From NCBI GenBank assembly GCA_030867685.1, contig JAQOWU010000008.1, positions 4,340,001-4,404,000 of the forward strand: a DNA stretch of 64,000 nt, written 5' to 3'. Numbering within the stretch: the first letter of the stretch is position 1; each line of letters opens with the position of its first letter. The DNA is from Wickerhamiella versatilis (lineage: Eukaryota). Shown here one piece after another: positions 56,181 to 64,000 of the stretch. Position numbers and translations under genes: made by a program. Under the pieces are notes generated by a model. That model made no database searches, was not told where the DNA came from, and worked only from the letters and a program-made list of their open reading frames with translations.

Positions 56181-56561
56181 ATAGTCAGGATATGACGAAA
56201 TGCTTAATATGTTCCTTTAATCCTGAATATACCAATCAGGAGATTTTATCAGCTCTTTAATTATGGTACTAAGATTATGTGATCGATTCGCTGGTAAATA
56301 ACGTCTTTGATTCATAGTTGCCAAGAAGACGTAACAACGAAATGTCTATAAGTAATTAGGGTCTGTAGAAGTCGATTCCTGAAAATACAATGTATTTCTG
56401 CGCTGGAAGCCATGTCGTTGACTTCAATTTGTAGCAAGATGTTACTGCATCCCAAGATTGTGTAATTTATTTTACATTGCTATGATAGCTTCCCTGGTTC
56501 TCAGATATGATTTCTGCAATATTAGTAATATATCCCCTCCCCACAGGGACAGAAAACGTAA

Positions 56562-57518
56562 ATGCGAGCAGCGGCGGTAGCAGCAGCAGGCGGTCTTGGA
56601 TTGACTATATTACTCTATGTCAAACGCTCCAGGTCATGGGAAATGATTGAACCTAGTTTGAGGAACATTGTGGTTCGTTTCAAAACACCAAACGCAAGTA
56701 CTTGGATCTGGATACTTAGAGTCCTCGGACGGTTACCGCAACCTCTATATCCTAAAACAGTAGTAAGGAAACATGATATCAATGCGAATGGGCTTCAATT
56801 GTATCTTTACTTGCCGGAGAAGGCCACATCGAGAGGAGCTCTTTTCTACGTGCATGGTGGTGGTTTCATCGGTGGAAGTGCACCGCTTTATCATAACCTT
56901 TTATCAGAAATCGCAGGGAAGGCGAAGTGTGTAGTCGCGCAGGTTGAATATCGGTTGGCCCCTAAGAATCCTTATCCAGCTGGGATGGATGATAATTGGG
57001 AAGGATACAAATGGCTCCATGATCATGCAGACGAACTAGGGGTCGATAGAAATTATCTGGTGATAGGTGGAGACAGCGCGGGTGGAGGCCATGCAGCGTC
57101 ATTGGTACATAAGGTTCATGATGAGTGGCCGGCGGCTCAGCCTGTGCTGCAGTTGTTGAATTATCCGATGCTTGATGATAGAACACCCAAACAGTTTCCT
57201 CGTGGGGAGCTCATCTGGACGTGGGAATCAAATCAACACGGTTGGAAGTCGTATATAGGACAAAATCCAGGGAACTATACAGTAGCGGCGAGGAGAAATG
57301 ATCTTAGTGGACTACCTCCTGCTTGGATAGGTGTGGGTAGCCTTGACTTATTCTATGAGGAGGATCTTACCTATGCGTCGAGACTTAAAGAAGCTGGAGT
57401 TCCTTGCACACTAGATATTGTCGAGGGCGCTTATCATGCGTTCGACTTCCTACCCACCCAAATCTCACTACAGTATCGAGAGAGAATGATAGCAGCTTTA
57501 GCTAAGGCTATCAATTGA
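56562..57518 (+). CDS. HSL-family alpha/beta-hydrolase esterase
   Basis: HGGG oxyanion hole, EYRLAP, GDSAGG nucleophile, DLF and YHAFD. Confidence 0.92.
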   Translation: MRAAAVAAAGGLGLTILLYVKRSRSWEMIEPSLRNIVVRFKTPNASTWIWILRVLGRLPQPLYPKTVVRKHDINANGLQLYLYLPEKATSRGALFYVHGGGFIGGSAPLYHNLLSEIAGKAKCVVAQVEYRLAPKNPYPAGMDDNWEGYKWLHDHADELGVDRNYLVIGGDSAGGGHAASLVHKVHDEWPAAQPVLQLLNYPMLDDRTPKQFPRGELIWTWESNQHGWKSYIGQNPGNYTVAARRNDLSGLPPAWIGVGSLDLFYEEDLTYASRLKEAGVPCTLDIVEGAYHAFDFLPTQISLQYRERMIAALAKAIN

Positions 57519-58105
57519 TCCGCTTGGCCCATTATGAATGTTATCTCATTTGCTTGGCTGTCTCTATTCTGTTCTTGGGTTTGGTTTTTGGTTTATCACT
57601 ATGCTTATCGCAAATCTTCTATAAATTTGAGAATTCTTTTTTTTTGGATATGAAAATTATGACACACTTTCTAAGAATTAAAGTTACTCCACAGGGTACT
57701 CACTGTTACACTTATTTACTTAGGGGAAAGTTAAGCGAAAACGTAATGTTTCGCTGATGTAACAACCGGAACTCCGAAACACTTGAAGTTCTATGGATGA
57801 TAGGGTTATGTATACCGCGCTAAAAGGTTCTTTTAGTGCTCTGCAATATCCAATGGATGAAAGATATTTTTACTAGAGCTAACAATCTGACCGGTTGGAT
57901 CAAAAGTTTTGTCACTCCTGTTTAGAAGCGCCGCATTAGTCCCATTCGTTGTATGCAGGAATGTTAGGAATGTTTTTGTAAGCTACGGTCCCCCGAGCTT
58001 CCACCTACGTAATTAATTTGATAATCGAAGTATTATTAAGTATTTATTCTCTATAAGTATATGACGCGATATAAATCCAAGTTAGCAACTGCGGGAATTT
58101 TAGCC

Positions 58106-59002
58106 ATGTGGTCAAATCTCTCTTACCTATTACTCTTGGCTACTGCCCGCTGTAGCCCAACTTGTGCGGCACCCACATCCTCACTATCAATAGCGGAGGT
58201 CTATAATCCTGGACTTGGATCGATCTTCGATGTTTCTTCTGAAATCTTGGAAACAGACGATTATCTGGTACTTTTTGACACGCAGTTCCAGAAAAATGAT
58301 TCAGAAGTATTGGTTCAGAAGATTAAAGACCTCAACAAACCTTTGAAGACAGTTTATGTTACTTATTCAGATCCCGACTATTACTTTGGGGCTGCTGTCA
58401 TTCAAGATGCTTTCCCGGATGCGCAGATAGTTGCTACCCGTCCAGTTGTTGATGCTATAAAGGGAAATGAGGAATTGAAGCAAAAGACCTGGGATAAGCA
58501 GCTGGGTGATAATGCTCCAGACCGGATCGTAATTCCTGACCCTATTGATGTGGGAAGCTGTCATGTTGTACTTGATATTGAGGGACACAAAGTGTATTCC
58601 TACGGAGTTCTGGATAACCGTACATTCAATTGGATTCCTTCACTTGGCACAGTGCTTGGTGGTATACTTGTTGATGTGAATGCTCACGTTTGGTTAGCTG
58701 ATACGCAGACTACAGAATCGCGAGAGATATGGATTCAATCATTGGATCAAATTAAGAGCCTTAATCCAGCAAAGGTCATTCCAGGCCACTTTTACAAGAA
58801 TAGCAATGGCACCGACCCCTTTTCTATCGCATCCATTGATTTCACTGCGGAGTATATCCGTAAATTTAATGAGGAAAACTCTCGCACTGGTAACTCCACT
58901 CAGCTCATCGATGCAATGACAGCAATATATCCTGATCTCGCAGGTACCAGCAATCTCGAAACGAGCGCTCAGGTCATTAAGGGTGAAATTCCTTGGCCAT
59001 AG
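58106..59002 (+). CDS. Secreted MBL-fold metallo-hydrolase-like protein, proteobacterial type
   Basis: VYNPG..SIF.VSS, DTQFQKND, TYSDPDYYFG, HVWLADTQT, VIPGH, C-terminal KGEIPWP. Signal-like start at 58106, alternative ATG 58061. Confidence 0.82.
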   Translation: MWSNLSYLLLLATARCSPTCAAPTSSLSIAEVYNPGLGSIFDVSSEILETDDYLVLFDTQFQKNDSEVLVQKIKDLNKPLKTVYVTYSDPDYYFGAAVIQDAFPDAQIVATRPVVDAIKGNEELKQKTWDKQLGDNAPDRIVIPDPIDVGSCHVVLDIEGHKVYSYGVLDNRTFNWIPSLGTVLGGILVDVNAHVWLADTQTTESREIWIQSLDQIKSLNPAKVIPGHFYKNSNGTDPFSIASIDFTAEYIRKFNEENSRTGNSTQLIDAMTAIYPDLAGTSNLETSAQVIKGEIPWP

Positions 59003-59725
59003 AAGAGCAATTTAGCTATATTATAGAATTCGAACTACCCTAGAAATGAATGATTTATAACTTGAAATTATCGCTGATAAAAATGACTGAAAGAGATCCA
59101 GTCATCTTGGTATTACGGGTGGAGTAGCCTATACATGTCACTGCACGCACTACTGGGGAGCGCAATCTCGCTACCAGTATCAGGCTTAGAAGAATTCTAC
59201 AAGGCATCTTCAATAACCTCTTATCGGCTTATACAGATAGATCTCAAATCTTGGACCTGCATCTACTGACAGAAAAGTATCCTAATCGAACGTAACGAGA
59301 GTTTTAGGTTTGTAATTCTTAGGCACGAGAATCGAGGGTTGGGCAATCACAAGCCAAACAGGGATTGAAAGATACAGTAAAATAAAAAGAAACGACATCG
59401 CATACAATTGTGACTATATATCTTATGACGTTTTTGGTATGGAAAGATCTGTATCAACCAAATCTAGTAGTGGCGTGGTTATTGAGATGAGGCACAATTC
59501 TAGTTCAATACTCTCTGCTATACTTGCTGAGGTTGTGCCACCTTCGCTTATATTATGAGACTTCACGGTTATGAAAGATATCGGTCCGATCCTGGATAAA
59601 CATGATTGGTAATTGGTCTCCACCTATTATATTTAGATGACAAATATTTATAAGCGGAATTGGGTTAAGAGATTATTATAAAAGACAAGTTGTAAGTGTG
59701 AGTGTTTGCAGGAGTGCTCACATCA

Positions 59726-60388
59726 ATGAACGTATCTGAGGCCATTGCGACCCGTCGTTCCGTTAGGAAGTATTTACCCGATCCAGTATCCTTAAGTACC
59801 ATTCAAAAGGTGTTCGATAAAGCCCGCTGGTCGCCATCAGGATGCAACTTTCAACCCTGGGAAGGCACCGTGCTCGCAGGCCAGCCATTGAAGGATCTTC
59901 AAGCAAAGCTTGTGAGTGCACCGAGGGATGATCCTTTGGAGTATGACTGGTCAATACCGGATAAAGTTGAAAAATACCTAAAACGCAAGCAGGAGTTGGG
60001 AGCGTCAATGTATGGTGCCCTAGGTATTAAGCGTGACGATACGGAATCACGTAGGAATTTCGTTGTGGAGAACTTGAAATCCTATGGGGCTCCTGCTCTT
60101 TTGGTGATCTACTTCCCCAAGATGATGGAGGCACCCCAATGGTCCGACGTCGGGATGTGGCTGCAGTCTGTTATGTTACTCCTTCGAGAAGAGGGCCTAG
60201 ACAGCTGCCCTCAAGAGTTATTGGGATGGTACGGTCGTACTATCAAGGCCCATCTTGGCCTTCCGGACGACTACATAGTGTTCTGTGGGTTGACAATTGG
60301 CAAAAGTGATTCAGAAGCCCCCATTAATACATTTGAACGTCCGAGAGTTCCGCTGAGTGACCAAGTGAAATTTGTTGGGTTTGATTAG
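59726..60388 (+). CDS. Nitroreductase family flavoprotein, bacterial type
   Basis: MNVSEAIATRRSVR, SPSGCNFQPW, DVGMWLQSVMLLLREEGLDSCPQE. First ATG 59726. Confidence 0.92.
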   Translation: MNVSEAIATRRSVRKYLPDPVSLSTIQKVFDKARWSPSGCNFQPWEGTVLAGQPLKDLQAKLVSAPRDDPLEYDWSIPDKVEKYLKRKQELGASMYGALGIKRDDTESRRNFVVENLKSYGAPALLVIYFPKMMEAPQWSDVGMWLQSVMLLLREEGLDSCPQELLGWYGRTIKAHLGLPDDYIVFCGLTIGKSDSEAPINTFERPRVPLSDQVKFVGFD

Positions 60389-60876
60389 GGGTTTGTGGAA
60401 GCTATTGCGTCTCCAGAAACGTGGGCTTTGAAAATGTATTCGATGCGGCACGCTGTCATTGATGATGCTAGTGACCGCATGCCACATATTCAGATATCTT
60501 AGTCGATATACCAGGCAGAGGAGGTGCTATGAGCTTATGAGTATGTGGCCCTGAATACCATTGCTATTTCTAGGTCAAGCAATTTTTGAGACCGTCACGA
60601 ACCACAACACTTAATCAGCTATCATAATTCTTAGATTCCACGCTGGAATCTATCTTTGAAAGGACCAGGTAAAAAAAATACAATACTAGAGTATTTAAGA
60701 TTAATCGGACATGAGGTCCTGTGTAATTTCAAAAAAATTGAAATAAAGGATAACAACGACACATGTCACTTTTAAAGTACATTTGGAGTAATCAACCTCG
60801 ACACCAAACCTTAACCCATTCATCATCATATGGGCTCTCTACACTTCAAAAAAAATACTCATTCTATAGAAATCGA

Positions 60877-61866
60877 TTATTCGGGGTACAAGCCATGCGT
60901 TCTTGCAAATAATCTGGCCATGCCAAACAGATCATTCATGCTAGGAGTTTCAATTCGCAACAATCTGGCGAGCTCCACCACACTCGCAAGGATGGCATCA
61001 AGCTCTATAGGCCTTCCTCTTTCTGCATCTTGGAGCATGGATGTTTTAACTGCTCCCAGTCCAGCTGTGAGTTTGTTTCGTTCCTCTGGGGTCCAGGAAA
61101 TATAAAGCCCTAATTTTTCGCCAATAAATTTAGCTTCATTCATGACTTTGACACAGAAAACACTTAAGAACTCATCGTTCAGAATCCTGTCCACAGTAGC
61201 TCCTGTGATTGCAGAAAGAGGATTAAGTGTCATATTACCCCATAGTTTATACCATATCTCTTGTCGTATCTTTGACGTAACTGTAACCCTTAGGCCTGTA
61301 CCTTCGAATAATGATGCAGCTTCACTTAGGACGTGTTCATTGGCTGGAGTAGGCGTACCAAAAATCAAGTGATCACCTCCATTATGAAAGACATGTCCAG
61401 GTTTATCATCCAAAGTGTGCGCGCTGGGATGCACCACACATCCAATAACCTGGTCATTAGGTACAGCTTTTCGAATCAAACCCTCCGGATCGAGGACTGA
61501 GAGTCTCTTTCCATTCAAAGCCTGCAATCCTTCGTCGAACCACCACGGAATACCATTCATTGCCGTGATAATTTGCGTATCAGGTCCAATAAGGGGGGTA
61601 ATTTTGTTGATTATATGAATCAATGCATGCGCCTTGACAGAAATCACTACAAAATCTTGAACTCCCAAATCCTCAGGATTATCGGTTGCAGCAACTCTGA
61701 AAGTACTGATTCCAGCGTTTGTTTGAAGTTTCCAACCTTGACTTCGAATAGATGTCAAGGTTTGGTTACGAGCAATCACACTGACCTCGTTCTCTTTAGC
61801 GCTACAAAGGTTACATCCTATAAGACCACCTATTGCACCAGCTCCGAAGATACAGATTTTTGGCAT
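60877..61866 (-). CDS. panE: 2-dehydropantoate 2-reductase (PanE/ApbA family), proteobacterial type
   Basis: ICIFGAGAIGG, VKAH, AMNGIPWWF, WYKLWGNMTLNPLSA, SMLQDAE.GRPIE. Confidence 0.88.
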   Translation of the reverse strand: MPKICIFGAGAIGGLIGCNLCSAKENEVSVIARNQTLTSIRSQGWKLQTNAGISTFRVAATDNPEDLGVQDFVVISVKAHALIHIINKITPLIGPDTQIITAMNGIPWWFDEGLQALNGKRLSVLDPEGLIRKAVPNDQVIGCVVHPSAHTLDDKPGHVFHNGGDHLIFGTPTPANEHVLSEAASLFEGTGLRVTVTSKIRQEIWYKLWGNMTLNPLSAITGATVDRILNDEFLSVFCVKVMNEAKFIGEKLGLYISWTPEERNKLTAGLGAVKTSMLQDAERGRPIELDAILASVVELARLLRIETPSMNDLFGMARLFARTHGLYPE

Positions 61867-62921
61867 ATTGAATCGGTTGAACCAACCTTACCTGGGAACA
61901 GACGACAAAATTATGTAACAGCACGTGACCACGGTATTAAGCATGTGTCGGAACTAGCTTTGCAGCGGGCCGTATATAAATAATAGTAGAATTGTTGTAA
62001 TAATAAGCCAGAGCTGCTAGATGTTTCTGATTACCTGCTCCTAAACTGCCAAAGAGGTCGATGTTGGCTAACACGAATACGGTAATACCAAGTAAGCCTA
62101 CATAAAATTTATTCCTGTTTTTTAGAGGTGGGCAGGCAAAAAGTTTTTTTGTAGAACATGAATTCACGTGCCGTAGAATGCTCTATTCGGCTATCCTTAC
62201 GATAGAATAACCTTATTTAGACTCCACTTATCATAAAGCTTATGAAACCGCTGGTTCACCAAAAAATACATGATAGCCCAGATTAGCTGAATATTTGGAG
62301 CTTATTGCCAGCGCGAAATATTGAGCCTGGGTGTCAAGCACTGCGGGGTAATGTACTTTATCACTTAGGGTTGAGGGTTGTGTTGCATGATCCTAGTACT
62401 GGTAAGCTTTCCAGTGAAGTGGCCTACTGTGTGACTGTGAGCACCAAAAGTATCTTTATATATTAATATTTGCGGGTAAAATTTCAAGTTTCGCAGCCGG
62501 AAATCCAGCTTTTTAGAGAAGATTAGTGACCTGATAACTCCCTCACGCTATTCGCTTTGCCTTTGCCTCACCCCATGGTACTAAGTCTGACACAGAGAAT
62601 TTTCGACAAAACGGAAGAGGAAAAATCTCAGACATTTCGCCGTGCATCGCTACCTGGGAAAAAGACTGCATAATGAAGTTCATAACGCCGACTTTGATAG
62701 TTAGAAGTATCTACTAGATTTCAGCATGCGAACTCTAACAAGAGACATAATGCTTTTAGTTCTTTTAGTTTTGACTAAGTCAAGAAGATGCAGCTTGAGA
62801 TCGATCCAAGCTAAAAAAGATTAATTTAGTCATATATACTTGCTGTCGTGTACCTGCCTACATTCCTGTCTGAATGGCCAGAATGCAATGATTATATAAA
62901 GCTCGATTCTCACAATATCTC

Positions 62922-63707
62922 ATGGGTTTACGGGTTAAAAATAAAATTGCACTGGTTACGGGTGGTGCCAAGGGTCTGGGAAAGGCGATATCAAACCTGC
63001 TAGCCGAAGAGGGTGCTACGGTGTTCGTCACAGATATGGATGAGGTTGCAGGCGCTGAGACCGTGGCCAAGATGAAAGCTGAAGGTTACCTCGCCTTTTT
63101 CTTCAGGCTTAACGTTGCCTTAGAGTCCGACTGGAAGAACGTTCTAAGCGAAGTGGAGGAGAAGTATGGCCGACTCGATATTTTGGTAAATAATGCGGGG
63201 ATCGCGATTTTTGAGAGCGTGCAAGACTCGAGTTTGGAAAATTGGCGCAAGGTTCTCAGTATTAACTTGGATGGTGTTTTCCTAGGTACAAAATATGCTA
63301 TTGAACTTATGAAGCCCCAGAAGAGTGGTAGTATTGTCAACCTGTCCTCCATAGAAGGCATCGTTGGTGACCCAAGACTCGCGGCTTATAACGCCAGTAA
63401 GGGTGGAGTGAAGCTTTTCAGCATGTCATCTGCTCTGGATGTTGCTAAAAGTGGTATTAGAGTCAACACTATTCACCCTGGCTACATCGAAACTGATATG
63501 GTAAAACAAAATTGTGCGGAGAGCGAGCCAGAGACTAAAGATTTCCGGGAAACAGCTAAGTACCGAGAACTTGCAAGTTTGCATCCTGTTGGAAGGCTTG
63601 GACAACCCATTGATATCGCTTATGGTGTTTTATACTTAGCGTCTGATGAATCGAAGTTCGTAACCGGCAGCCAGCTAGTAATAGATGGTGGATATACTGC
63701 TCAATAG
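62922..63707 (+). CDS. Classical SDR oxidoreductase (cyclopentanol/R-alcohol/3beta-HSD-like), bacterial type
   Basis: TGGAKGLG, NNAG, SSIEG, YNASK, IHPGYIET, VIDGGYTAQ. Confidence 0.92.
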   Translation: MGLRVKNKIALVTGGAKGLGKAISNLLAEEGATVFVTDMDEVAGAETVAKMKAEGYLAFFFRLNVALESDWKNVLSEVEEKYGRLDILVNNAGIAIFESVQDSSLENWRKVLSINLDGVFLGTKYAIELMKPQKSGSIVNLSSIEGIVGDPRLAAYNASKGGVKLFSMSSALDVAKSGIRVNTIHPGYIETDMVKQNCAESEPETKDFRETAKYRELASLHPVGRLGQPIDIAYGVLYLASDESKFVTGSQLVIDGGYTAQ

Positions 63708-64000
63708 GCTCAGCAGGGTGATTTATGGGCATTTCTGAGATTTTCAAATGCAATTCTTGTCATTTTATTATTTTCTGGATCCTAAGACTATTACTGTTAA
63801 TAGGACTGACTGAATTGTTGAATTTCTAGTAGTAGACATAGCAGCATAAACCATGTGTGCCAAACTAGCATTGCTCATATAAATAGCCATAGGCCTGAGA
63901 CTTGTTGAACAATGTAAGATAGCCCACAGATTGAGCAAGTGCGAAAGGCCTATCCCAAACTTTATAATGTGATTATGCAGTATTTGCGGATGCAATAGTT

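Noticed and set aside
60519-60540. Shine-Dalgarno-like AGGAGGT before an ATG after the nitroreductase
   Set aside because: The spacing is only 3 nt and the frame stops after three codons.
1-64000. Bacterial contig or contamination
   Set aside because: Bacterial-like genes are interleaved with fungus-specific genes and lack operon spacing and Shine-Dalgarno sites. Read-level confirmation is still advisable.

Overview
Eukaryotic DNA from a budding yeast. The genes look intronless and monocistronic, with AT-rich intergenic regions, and include Zn2Cys6 regulators, DHA1/ARN transporters, GDT1, FEX and a GPI wall protein. The window reads like an accessory, possibly subtelomeric, region with many bacterial-looking genes. 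That pattern suggests the Wickerhamiella/Starmerella clade, but this is inference and no search was run. The top finding is an apparent eukaryotised guanidine utilisation/detoxification cluster at 46.6-54.2 kb. It comprises a stand-alone bacterial-type urea/guanidine carboxylase carrying the guanidine-type Asp, a divergent single-ORF fusion of the two carboxyguanidine deiminase subunits (CgdA-CgdB), a bacterial SMR/Gdx guanidinium exporter, and a frameshifted fungal APC permease. Other highlights are a head-to-head GH25 lysozyme + GH3 N-acetylglucosaminidase pair, a Kex2-processed proline-rich repeat-peptide precursor beside a secreted aspartic protease and a Zn2Cys6 factor, a run of five bacterial-like enzymes at 56.5-63.7 kb, and several non-coding duplications. 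All family calls come from motif recognition by eye.
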